A stretch of 63,006 bases of DNA, the filler included, from Octopus bimaculoides (taxonomy: Eukaryota), in NCBI RefSeq assembly GCF_001194135.2. It is 6 parts of 5 records of this genome, joined end to end, with 100 filler letters (N's around TTAATTAATTAA, not from the genome) between each part and the next. Parts side by side here need not be neighbours in the genome. Positions count along the whole stretch, not along the records: positions 12,303 to 38,483 come from NC_068983.1; positions 38,584 to 44,316 come from NC_068981.1; positions 44,417 to 55,786 come from NC_068983.1; 3 more parts are not named here. One strand, written 5' to 3'. The translations under genes and the position numbers were made by a program. Below are positions 37,601-48,999 of this stretch, one piece after another. Each line of letters opens with the position of its first letter. Position 1 is the first letter of the stretch. The notes under the pieces are model-generated. The model ran no database searches, was not told where the DNA came from, and saw nothing but the letters and a program-made list of their open reading frames with translations.

Positions 37601-38483
37601 GAACGAACGGAAGAACGAACGAACGGAAGAACGAACGAACGGAAGAACGAACGAACGGAAGAACGAACGTCGGAACGTACGTACGTACGAATGAACGAAA
37701 GAACGTACGTACTTACGTGCAAATGAACGAATGAACGAACATACGAACGAACAAACGAACGAACAAGCGAACGAAGGAAAGAACGAACGAACGAACGAAC
37801 GTAAGAACGAACGAATGATCGAACAAACAATCATACGTACGTATGTTCAAACGAACGAATGTACGTACGTACGTACGTACGAATGATGGACCGAACGATC
37901 GAAACAACGAACGTACGTAAAAGGAACAAATGAGCANNNNNNNNNNATGCTTTCTATTCTTCATTCGTTCGTCCGTACGTACACACGTACGCACGTACGT
38001 ATGTACGTTCGTTCGTTCGTTCGATCATTCGATTGTTCGTTCTTTCTTTTCTTCGTGTGTACGATCGTTTTTTCATTCGTTCCTTCGTTATCTCTTTCGT
38101 ACCGACGTACATACATACGTTCGTTCGCTCGTACGTTCGTTCGCTCGTACGTTCGTTCCCTCATACGTTCGTTCGCTCGTACGTTCGTACTTCCGTACGT
38201 AAGTTCGTACGTTGTTCGTTCGTTCCTTCGTTCATTTGTACGTAAGTACGTACTTTCGTACGTACATTCGTACGTACCTACGTGCGTACGTACTTACGTA
38301 CTTTCATTCGTTCGTCCGTTCGGTCGCTCGAACGTACGTACGTACGTACGTATGTATGTACGTTCGTTTGTTCCTTCGTACGTACTTACGTTCCTTCTTT
38401 CGTTCGTACGATAGAACGAACGAACGGAAGAACGAACGAACGGAAGAACGAACGAACGGAAGAACGAACGAACGGAAGAACGA
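31660..38483. repeat. Complex CpG-rich tetranucleotide satellite (TTCG/TACG with TTCA, TTTG, TATG, TACA variants)
   Basis: About 6.8 kb including gaps, 4-nt periodicity, internal higher-order duplications and strand inversions. The RSFV/RTYV ORFs are artefacts of this repeat. Confidence 0.95.
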
Positions 38484-38583
38484 NNNNNNNNNNNNNNNNN
38501 NNNNNNNNNNNNNNNNNNNNNNNNNNNTTAATTAATTAANNNNNNNNNNNNNNNNNNNNNNNNNNNNNNNNNNNNNNNNNNNN
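38484..38583. other. Synthetic scaffold-join spacer
   Basis: 44 N + TTAATTAATTAA + 44 N. Confidence 0.97.
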
Positions 38584-39000
38584 CTCCTCACCAGCACCCA
38601 TCACCGACCCTACCGCATCACCGACTCCTTCACCTGCATTTCTACTAACATTATCTATTGTATCTCCTGCTCTCTGCCATTCTCTGTACATCGGACAAAC
38701 GGGGCGCCGCCTGGCCGACCGATTCGCGGAACACCTCCGAGACATCAACGTTGGCAATGATACCCCGGTGTCACGCCATTTCCGTTCTGCCGGTCACTCC
38801 TTGCAGCAACACCTGTCCGTGTTTGGATTGTCCATGCACAGGGGCCATCCGGACTCCCGTTTGCGCCGTGAACAGGGATTAGTCTTCTCTCTTCGCTCCT
38901 TTGCCCCACATGGGCTCAACTCCCTTCGATCACCGTTCTTTCTCCCCCTTTTGTTACCTCCCACTTTTGTTATCTCCCCCTTTTCTTAGCTCTCCTGTGT
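38584..39000 (+). mobile_element. Penelope-like element, GIY-YIG endonuclease and start of 3' UTR
   Basis: ITDSFTCISTNIIYCISC/..LYIGQTGRRLADRFAEHLRDI...PVSRHF...HL...RLRREQGLVFSLRSFAPHGLN, with one frameshift near 38670. Confidence 0.92.
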
Positions 39001-42000
39001 AAAAAAATTAACTTCCGGTCAGTCATAGCTATGATTGACCGTTGACCGAACACTATTCAATTTTTTTNNNNNNNNNNNNNNNNNNNNNNNNNNNNNNNNN
39101 NNNNNNNNNNNNNNNNNNNNNNNNNNNNNNNNNNNNNNNNNNNNNNNNNNNNNNNNNNNNNNNNNNNNNNNNNNNNNNNNNNNNNNNNNNNNNNNNNNNN
39201 NNNNNNNNNNNNNNNNNNNNNNNNNNNNNNNNNNNNNNNNNNNNNNNNNNNNNNNNNNNNNNNNNNNNNNNNNNNNNNNNNNNNNNNNNNNNNNNNNNNN
39301 NNNNNNNNNNNNNNNNNNNNNNNNNNNNNNNNNNNATATATATATATATATATATATAGTTTCATATTATACATGTTTATATTATACATATATACTTTTA
39401 TTAAAGCTGAAATTTTTTCACTAACTGTTACTCCAGAGTTTCGTGTTACTGCTTGTCGGACAGTGTGATCATAGACATGATAACAACTGTCTGACGGACG
39501 ATAATGTGAGACTCTGAGTAACAGGTTGTGGAGATTTTTTGAACTTAAAAAAACATATTTTTCTATCTTCGGTGTTCGAGTACTACTTGTCTTCCACTTT
39601 TTTTTCGCATTTACGTCATAACTCATGTATGTATGCATGCATGTACGTATGTATGTATGTATGTATGTATGTATGTGTGTGTATGTAAGTAAGTATATAT
39701 GTATGAATGTATGTATGCATGTTTGTATGCATGTGTGTATGCATATACAAACTTACTGTTAACGAAAGTCGGGATACAAAACGTACACGTAGGACAGACA
39801 CAAGGACCCTAATTCTTCCTCAGTGATCGACCAAAAATACTAATATCCATTTTCATGCCTACAATATACATAGAGAATGTGTGGGAGAGAGGGGGAAATA
39901 GTAAGAGAGAGATAGAAAGACACACAAGCAAAGAAATAGAGAGAGACACAGAGATAGAGGAAAAGAGGGGGGAAATGATGTACACACAATATCACGCTAT
40001 TAATGAACGAAGCGTAATTTGAAGTAGGATTAAGTAAGCAATTAACTATAAATTTTTTAAGCATTAATATATCAAATAAGTAATAAAATCACTAAAAGTA
40101 TTAGCGTTAAAGACTCAGGAATGCTGAAAGTGTTCGCTCCCAAAGCTTCGTGTGGGTCGGTTACATGTATGTTGAGTAAGGGTTAAGATCAGATTATATC
40201 TGCGTGGGTATATGTGTGTTTAATTGTGGGATCGGTTATATGTATTTATATATATTGAAGGGTGTATGTATATATGTATGGATGTATATGCGTGCGTGTG
40301 TGTGTGTGTGTGTGATGTGTGTGTATGTGTGTGTGTGTATGTGTGTGTGTGTGTGTGTGCATGCGAGCATTGAAACCACAATGTTACGAAATTCGTCTCG
40401 TAACACACCCAGTTTCATTAAGAAACTACGTCTGTATTATATATATATATGTATATATATATAAGTCAGTAAATAGTGGGGTTGTGTTAACCGCACGTGG
40501 AGAAATAATAGGAAAATGAAAAAAAGCCAGAATGCTAAACTGGAAGCATATTTTAATAATGATTTCTTCTAACCGGTTTTCATTGCGAAAAGCAAATTAT
40601 CAAGAAGAAGGAGAATGAAAATGTTTTTTTTTACAAAGAAGTACAAAATGAAGAAAATAATATATAAAACAATAATATATAAAAATATAAATATACCCAT
40701 ACATTATATTGTCTTTGAGCTTTTGAAGTTCAATAGTAGTTCATGTATAAACTGTTAGGAAAAATAAGGATTCTCTCTCTTCTTTCCCCACGTGACTGTG
40801 TTCGGCCAAGCCTGAGCATTCTTTCTTGGTTCGACTACCATCCGTGCAACATCTATATATTCCTCCCTGTGCCTGACAAACCTTATGTCCCTGCCGTAAG
40901 GCTTTACTTCCACACATGCCAGCTTAATTTAATTCGTCCTTAGTCGAAAGACACCCGTTGTTAATGTCCTGTTATTTGTATTTGTGTACAATTTCTCCGT
41001 TTTTTTCCCGTCCTTGTTTTCGTATCCATTCGCTACTTTCTACCAAAGGAATCTAGCTGTTAGCTTAGTTTTTCCTTAGGGCTGGCCAGATTGGAGCAAT
41101 CTCGAGTATAACCAGCCCAAATTGCAATGATAATCTGGAACTCGACTGAGGAAAGAAAACTCCGAATGACGCGTCCTTGTTTCTTTCTATTGTCTGTCTG
41201 GATGTTTTGTTGTCCCTTTTTTGCATCACCTGTCTGTCTGGTTCTTTTGTATTCTTGTCCCATTTTTGTACATATATATATATATATATACAGACACATG
41301 TTAAAAGTCTGTATGTATATATATANNNNNNNNNNNNNNNNNNNNNNNNNNNNNNNNNNNNNNNNNNNNNNNNNNNNNNNNNNNNNNNNNNNNNNNNNNN
41401 NNNNNNNNNNNNNNNNNNNNNNNNNNNNNNNNNNNNNNNNNNNNNNNNNNNNNNNNNNNNNNNNNNNNNNNNNNNNNNNNNNNNNNNNNNNNNNNNNNNN
41501 NNNNNNNNNNNNNNNNNNNNNNNNNNNNNNNNNNNNNNNNNNNNNNNNNNNNNNNNNNNNNNNNNNNNNNNNNNNNNNNNNNNNNNNNNNNNNNNNNNNN
41601 NNNNNNNNNNNNNNNNNNNNNNNNNNNNNNNNNNNNNNNNNNNNNNNNNNNNNNNNNNNNNNNNNNNNNNNNNNNNNNNNNNNNNNNNNNNNNNNNNNNN
41701 NNNNNNNNNNNNNNNNNNNNNNNNNNNNNNNNNNNNNNNNNNNNNNNNNNNNNNNNNNNNNNNNNNNNNNNNNNNNNNNNNNNNNNNNNNNNNNNNNNNN
41801 NNNNNNNNNNNNNNNNNNNNNNNNNNNNNNNNNNNNNNNNNNNNNNNNNNNNNNNNNNNNNNNNNNNNNNNNNNNNNNNNNNNNNNNNNNNNNNNNNNNN
41901 NNNNNNNNNNNNNNNNNNNNNNNNNNNNNNNNNNNNNNNNNNNNNNNNNNNNNNNNNNNNNNNNNNNNNNNNNNNNNNNNNNNNNNNNNNNNNNNNNNNN

Positions 42001-42340
42001 NNNNNNNNNNNNNNNNNNNNNNNNNNNNNNNNNNNNNNNNNNNNNNNNNNNNNNNNNNNNNNNNNNNNNNNNNNNNNNNNNNNNNNNNNNNNNNNNNNNN
42101 NNNNNNNNNNTATGTACTTACATACATATATATATATGTGTGTATATATATATGTAAGTGCATGCGCGTGCGTGTGTGTATGTAAATAAATAAAAGCATA
42201 AAATACAATATATGACATATAAGCGGGTCTAGTATGATAAATACTATTAACCACCTATACTTAACGTATATGATCTGTGAATATATATGTATTTATGTGT
42301 GTGAGTGTGCGCATGTGCGTATGAGTGTGTGCATACATAC

Positions 42341-42402
<62 letters not shown>

Positions 42403-42462
42403 ACACACACACACATGCACATAAACATAGATACATATGTATGTATGCATGCATATTCGTAC

Positions 42463-42593
42463 GCAAACTTCCACATAGAACTTAATCTGTAATGTTTGCA
42501 AATTGTGTCAAATTTCGGTCCCTTGCATTCGGTGCTATCCAGGTTCATCTCCTCTCCATCTTCTTCAATAGGTTGTTCCTGAAGTAAAGCCAT
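42463..42593 (-). CDS. Candidate first coding exon of an unidentified gene
   Basis: GGCGAAATGGCT start context, MALLQEQPIEEDGEEMNLDSTECKGPKFDTICKHYRLSSMWKF, possible GTACGA donor. Non-repetitive and relatively GC-rich. No homolog recognised. Confidence 0.35.
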
Positions 42594-43554
42594 TTCGCCT
42601 CTGCTATGATGACGAATTGCTCTCCTCTCTCATTCTGCTCTCCGAGTCCGAATTAATTTACGAAGACAAAAATACAGTAAAACGATTTATTTTGCGTGAA
42701 AAAATGGTCTTAATCTCAAATCTACTAATTAGTGTGATGATTTAGGCGGAGGAAAAGTTGATATAATACAAGACTAATTAAATTTGTAGTTGATTGTGGT
42801 TAATCCCGTTAAACTGTTTTATTGTTGACGTTCTTTTGTTCCATAATAGAGAAATTACGTTTAATATTTTAAGTATTACACGGTAATGATATACGTGCTA
42901 TCTCTACCTAATTCGGTTCTTTCAAGGGTTGATTCACCCGAAATTAAGGTTACTAGAAAAAGTAACATATGACCTAAAAGTTCATTTTGCAGTGTGCAAA
43001 GTGCTAAGTATTCTGGCGTCAATAATTTAGATAACGGCGATTTTTTTTTAGCATTGTATCAGGCACTAATACATTATGGATTTTTATGTATGAGAGTCAG
43101 ATGTTTTATACATATATGCAATGATATAAGATAACATACTCTATGGTTTTTAACGGTGCCAAAATTTTAATCTACAGTGATGATGATAAACTTTGGAATA
43201 TCAGATTACTGTAAGAACATTTCAAATACTTTTCTTTCAACAGTGGATTACTTCAGGCATATTCTGAAGATCTAGAACAATATGTATAGAACTTTACCTA
43301 CCCCACCACACACACACTTTAAAAAAAAGTTTACAGATTTTAATCCGTTACTAGTCCAAAACATTTTCATAGGTTTGTCCGATGCGTCCACGTTTGTTTT
43401 CAGACATTAAGTTAACTCTTCATTCATACATTCTGAGTAATATAAAGCTTTCCTTTCATAAATCCCAAGTTACTCTTGTAATTGGGAATATGTATGATAT
43501 ATGATGTACGGACGCTAGGGATATTTTGTGCGTCATATGTGATTCATAAGACAG

Positions 43555-43809
43555 GCAAAATATTGATTTCAGATTTTGGCACGAGGCCAGAAATTTCGAT
43601 GGAAGCGTGAAGTCGATTAGATCGACCCCAGTACTCAACTGATACTTATTTTATCGGTTCTTATGCCGAACCGCTAAGTTACGGTACGTAAACACACCAA
43701 CACCAGCTGTCAAGCGGTGGTGGGGGACAGACACACACGCGCACACACAAACAAGCGCGTGCGACCTCACACACATATACATGCATACATTTATACACAC
43801 ACACACACG

Positions 43810-43866
<57 letters not shown>

Positions 43867-43950
43867 ATACGACGGACTTTCAGTTTCCGTATCCCAAATC
43901 TACACACAAGGCTTTGGCCAGTCCAAGGCTTTAGTAGTAGACACTTGCCT
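43555..43950 (-). mobile_element. SINE family A body joined to a family B-type 3' tail, with internal (CA)n/(TA)n/(TG)n
   Basis: Matches 46536-46720 on the right and 20345-20430 on the left. Confidence 0.75.
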
Positions 43951-44277
43951 ATACACACGTTTTTTTTATATTTTCATATTTTCATACATATACACACATT
44001 TTTTTTATATCCCGCAAATATGTATTTCTATGTTTCCTTGCCTACAATATCGCTTTGTATAAATTTCACTTTTCTACTTGGCCAATATCCCTCTCTACTT
44101 TTGAACAACGTTGAATTCTTTAAGTTCGAAGTATGAAATCTCAGCTGTTTGACATCTTACCTATTTAAAATTTGACCTGAAGACTGAGAATGATATGTCA
44201 TGGTGTAATATGTGAATATATCAATAAAATTCTAGCAAACAGCTGTCGGAAATTTCAAACGCCAAATGTATATGGAG

Positions 44278-44316
<39 letters not shown>

Positions 44317-44416
44317 NNNNNNNNNNNNNNNNNNNNNNNNNNNNNNNNNNNNNNNNNNNNTTAATTAATTAANNNNNNNNNNNNNNNNNNNNNNNNNNNN
44401 NNNNNNNNNNNNNNNN
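44317..44416. other. Synthetic scaffold-join spacer
   Basis: 44 N + TTAATTAATTAA + 44 N. Confidence 0.97.
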
Positions 44417-45120
44417 GAATATGTGGAGATGGACAAGAAACAATAAATCATATTATGTCTGGTTGCCCAGTCCTGGCTAAGAAGAAATATATTCACAGAC
44501 ACGACAGAGCTGGGACCTACATACACTGGAAATTATGCCAACACTATGGAATAACAACAGAAAAAAGATGGTATAAACACACGCCAGAAAAGGTCACAGA
44601 AAACGAGAAAGCAATAGGCACACGCCAGAAAAGGTCACAGAAAACGAGAAAGCAACCATACTCTGGGATATGCCAATACTCACAGAGAGAGAAATTAAGG
44701 CCAATAGGCCAGATATAGTTGTCAGAGATCATGAAGGAAAAAATGCTTTCTAATTGATGTTTCAATACCAGCAGGTGTCAACGTTTCCCTGAAAGAAATG
44801 GAGAAACTTTTAAAATACAAAAACCTGGAAATAGAGATAACTCGAATGTGGAATCTAAAAACAGAAACAATTCCTATCGTAGTAGGTGCCTTAGGTATGA
44901 TGAAAAAATATTCAGACAAATACATAACAAATACATCAGGACTTACAAATATATATAACATACAGAAAATTGCACTACTGGGCACTGCACACATTCTACG
45001 CAAAACACTTTCAATACAGTAACTATAAGAGCATCACAGCAAACCACAGCGCATACCCAAGGCAAACAGAATTGCGCTCGGTAGTGAAGTGAAAGCACGC
45101 TATAAAAATAAAACTACTGA
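44417..45120 (+). mobile_element. RLE-type (R4/Dong-like) LINE 3' end
   Basis: ICGDGQETINHIMSGCPVLAKKKYIHRHD (CCHC), NRPDIVVRD..KCFLIDVSIP (PD..D RLE), TIPIVVGALG...LLGTAHILRKTL*. Ends in (AAT)n. A 41-nt internal duplication (44578-44655) shifts the frame. Confidence 0.92.
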
Positions 45121-45133
45121 ATAATAATAATAA

Positions 45134-45290
45134 CAAGAACATCGAAAAATACCTTAGGAATGAGAACCCAGGTTCGAAATTTCCCCAAGATACCTGATGA
45201 AGGCTGGAGGGTATATCAGCCGAAACGTTGTGTTAACAATAAAGATGAGGACAAATATCCGTCAAATATAAATAATGTAAATAATGTAAG
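45134..45290 (+). mobile_element. Hammerhead-bearing SINE tail (same family as 25257-25401)
   Basis: AACATCGAAAAATACCTTAGGAATGAGAACCCAGGTTCGAAATTTCCCCAAG...GAGGACAAATATCCGTCAAAT, near-identical to the minus-strand copy. Confidence 0.85.
45189..45234 (+). ncRNA. Minimal type I hammerhead ribozyme motif
   Basis: GAUAC-CUGAUGA-A-GGCUG-GAGGGUAUAU-CAGCC-GAAA-CGU-U-GUGUU. Confidence 0.8.
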
Positions 45291-45439
45291 AGTTTATGTT
45301 GTTTGGTATTTGATATACCCACAGTTGTCATATGCCACTGGTCATTCTAAGTTATTTATCTTGGCTCATTTTGTTTAATATTACTAAACCTAGAAACGAA
45401 ATTACTTTACTAAATAAATATACCATTATCTTTTATCTT

Positions 45440-45836
45440 TTCCTCGTTTCAGTCATTAGACTGCAGCCATACTGGAGCACTGCCTCTGAACATTTTTAGT
45501 CGTATGATTCGACCTTAGTACTTAATTTTGTTATATCTGGTACTTATTCTATCGCTCAATTTTGCCGAACCGCTAGCTTATGAGGAAGTAAACGCACGAA
45601 CGCCGCTGGTCAATCGGTGGTATTGGGGGAACAGACACAAAGACACACGCACACACAAACACACACATATATATCTACGACGAGCTTCTTTCAGTTTCTA
45701 TCTACCAAATTCACTCACTTTGGTCGGTTCGAAGATATAGTAGAAGACACTTGGCCAAGGTGCCACACAGTAGAACTGAGCCTGGAACCATGTGGTTGAG
45801 AAGCAAACTTCTTACCACCCAACCACGTCTGCGCCT
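45440..45836 (-). mobile_element. Near full-length SINE family A
   Basis: tRNA-like head at ~45836-45770, internal (CA/TA) tract, 3' tail GTGCTCCAGTATGGCTGCAGTCTAATGACTGAAAC. Confidence 0.85.
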
Positions 45837-45837
45837 A

Positions 45838-45884
<47 letters not shown>

Positions 45885-46535
45885 ATCGATAAGAAATGTT
45901 TTACCTCTTATTTNNNNNNNNNNNNNNNNNNNNNNNNNNNNNNNNNNNNNNNNNNNNNNNNNNNNNNNNNNNNNNNNNNNNNNNNNNNNNNNNNNNNNNN
46001 NNNNNNNNNNNNNNNNNNNNNNNNNNNNNNNNNNNNNNNNNNNNNNNNNNNNNNNNNNNNNNNNNNNNNNNNNNNNNNNNNNNNNNNNNNNNNNNNNNNN
46101 NNNNNNNNNNNNNNNNNNNNNNNNNNNNNNNNNNNNNNNNNNNNNNNNNNNNNNNNNNNNNNNNNNNNNNNNNNNNNNNNNNNNNNNNNNNNNNNNNNNN
46201 NNNNNNNNNNNNNNNNNNNNNNNNNNNNNNNNNNNNNNNNNNNNNNNNNNNNNNNNNNNNNNNNNNNNNNNNNNNNNNNNNNNNNNNNNNNNNNNNNNNN
46301 NNNNNNNNNNNNNNNNNNNNNNNNNNNNNNNNNNNNNNNNNNNNNNNNNNNNNNNNNNNNNNNNNNNNNNNNNNNNNNNNNNNNNNNNNNNNNNNNNNNN
46401 NNNNNNNNNNNNNNNNNNNNNNNNNNNNNNNNNNNNNNNNNNNNNNNNNNNNNNNNNNNNNNNNNNNNNNNNNNNNNNNNNNNNNNNNNNNNNNNNNNNN
46501 NNNNNNNNNNNNNNNNNNNNNNNNNNNNNNNNNNN

Positions 46536-46586
46536 GTTACGGGGACGTAAACACACCAGTATCGGTTGTCAAGTGTGGGGGGACAA

Positions 46587-46620
<34 letters not shown>

Positions 46621-46792
46621 ATATATACGACAGGCTTCTTTCAGTTTCCGTCTACCAAATCCACTCACAAGGCTTTGGTCGGCCCGAGGCTATAGTAGAA
46701 GACACTTGCCCAAGGTGCCACGCAGTGGGACTGAACCCGGAACCATGTGGTTGGTAAGCAAGCCACTTACTACACAGCCACTCCTGCGCCTA
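46536..46792 (-). mobile_element. SINE family A, young-looking copy
   Basis: Head GGCGCAGGAGTGGCTGTGTAGTAAG...GGTTCCGGGTTCAGTCCC with internal (TA)n; the 3' end falls in a gap. Confidence 0.88.
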
Positions 46793-47429
46793 TAGCAATT
46801 TTTTTTTTATTTTACTCACTTCAAAGAGACAAATTATCACTATTTTGAATTTTCACTGTGTCATCTTTTTAAACATTGCATGAACGGTTGTTTTGATTTT
46901 GTCCATATTGTTAGATACGACATTGTAGTTTGACACTTATGAAAGATCACCTAGACATACAAGTAAAACAAACTTGTTACAGTAGAAAATCTCAGTCTGC
47001 ATCCTAAAAGCACTCCCGCTCAGCTCAGAAAAAGAAAAGAAAGACGCACTGTAACTGTGCAAATTTTAATAGCCTCACTGGCTCCCAAATTATTTGCTGG
47101 GACGCGCAGCAAGTGCAGAGTCCATATTACTCGCTTCCATTGTGACCATCACCGGCGTCTCTTCGGGAGTAAAGAGGTAGACTAAACGAGAAGGATTAGT
47201 TTCAGTAATATTCGTTCATTCACTCTCTGTCTCCCAAAGAATTTCCAGCGTTGCATTATAATGATTTGAGTCAACACAAAGGAACGAATACTAAACGATT
47301 CCTTCCTTCTGAGAGAGAGAGAATTCTACAATTTCGTGCTGAACAACCTGTATAGATGATTTTGTTTGTTTATTTATTTTTTTTAGTGATGAAATGTTTA
47401 TGCTGTACATTATTCCACTCCTTCCACTA

Positions 47430-48030
47430 AAAGAAATTTGGGATTTTTTTAAAACGGGGGCCACATTTTTCATTAACGAAACACTTTGAAACTTGGAACA
47501 CTTGTAGAATGTGTCATATAAAACATCTTTTTCTCTTAGTCTTCTTTAAAAAAAAGAAATCCATAAGTTATTCCATGTTAAAGTTGTCGTATTTCTGTAA
47601 TTTCAACCAATCACTGACGTCCATTCAGCCGATATACATTAAGTGCCGACTACATAAACAAACGATTCTGAAACAATTAACCCTAACCCTAACCCTAACC
47701 CTAAGGTTAGGGTTAGGGTTAGGGTTAAAGCAAATTTAAAATGAAAAAAGCAAATAAAACGAAGGTATGGAGATTAAATACGCTTTACATCGCTTAATCA
47801 GCCAAAGGAGTAAATGTAAACAACTGAATACTTGTCAGTGATTGGTTGAAATTATCGAAATAAGACAATTTTTTTACATGAAATAAATTCGAATACAAAA
47901 ATATTTTTCTGTTCTATAACACAAAATAGATAAGTATACGAAGTTTGAAAGTCTTTCCGTACCAAAAACACTACGTAAAACATTAATGAAAAATGTGGCC
48001 CCCGTTTTAAAATAGATCCGAAATTTGTCC
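47430..48030. mobile_element. MITE / non-autonomous DNA transposon with central telomeric-repeat palindrome
   Basis: Perfect 30-bp inverted repeat (47447-47476 / 47983-48012), perfect 21-bp internal inverted repeat (47598-47618 / 47834-47854), TA on both flanks. Confidence 0.85.
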
Positions 48031-48965
48031 TATAATAATGAAAGCAAATTGTGAGTGAAACCGAAAATAACGACTGCGATATCCCATGATTTCAAGTAAA
48101 CAATGTCTGCGACACAACCAATGTATAGAATGTGCATGTATTTAATAGGACACGCGAACTGTACATATATTTTGTATAAGATACAAATAGTCACACTTCT
48201 CAGTGGCGTTCGTTGCTGGTTGTAGTACATTGGAACAGTCTACTTCAGTTGCTACTTCTAAGATACTTAACATATCACTAAAATACGCGCAGGCCTATAG
48301 ACGGAGCATAATAAGGGAGTTCTTTCTTTCTATGAAATTTTGGGATGTCACTGTCGTCCCTTCCGATTTCTATTGAAATTCATTTTCACTTTTTTGCGAC
48401 CGTAACTTGTATGTTAACCACGTGATCATTCAGACTAGAAATACTAGCTGCATGTTTCGCAAATCACATAGGCCTACCTTAAATAAGGAACGTTACATAT
48501 TTCTACTCACCATTAAACTATGGGATGGTCACGGTTAGAATGCTTTTGATCATAGGTTTACTCAAAGATCGGTTATAAAATAAAATTATAATTAAACAGC
48601 ATAGAGTTTATCCATTATCTACCCCGTTAAAATAAGATCTAATATTCTGAGGCAACGGTAAATTCCAGTCTTAAAGAACTTAGAATATTTGACAAAAGTA
48701 TTCAATGAAGAATGGAAACCATACTGCAGAATCTAATAAGCTTCTTAGAGCACTTTCACAGTTCTTTATTTGTATCATCTCATTCAGAAGACGTGATTGA
48801 TAAAAAAAATATCCATTTATTTACTTAAATTTCTCTTGGGTGTGCGCATGCTTGCGTGTTAAGTCAAATATGAGTGACTGAATGATTGCACGCGCATATA
48901 TTTCTCTGTGTATATAAACATAAATGCCTGTGCGCATGTTTCTGTGTGTCTGTTTTGTGTATACA

Positions 48966-48999
<34 letters not shown>

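Noticed and set aside
31662-38535. Many long ORFs rich in RSFV/RTYV/NERT (up to 350+ aa)
   Set aside because: Translations of a 4-nt satellite that lacks stops in several frames; not genes.
41138-41180. Hammerhead at CUGAGGA...CUCC-GAAU-GACGCGUC
   Set aside because: Helix II cannot close, the core reads GAAU, and there is no helix I; at most a remnant.
47677-47728. Ancestral telomere-telomere fusion site
   Set aside because: Orientation is (CCCTAA)n-(TTAGGG)n, opposite to a fusion scar, and the tract is nested inside a TIR element.
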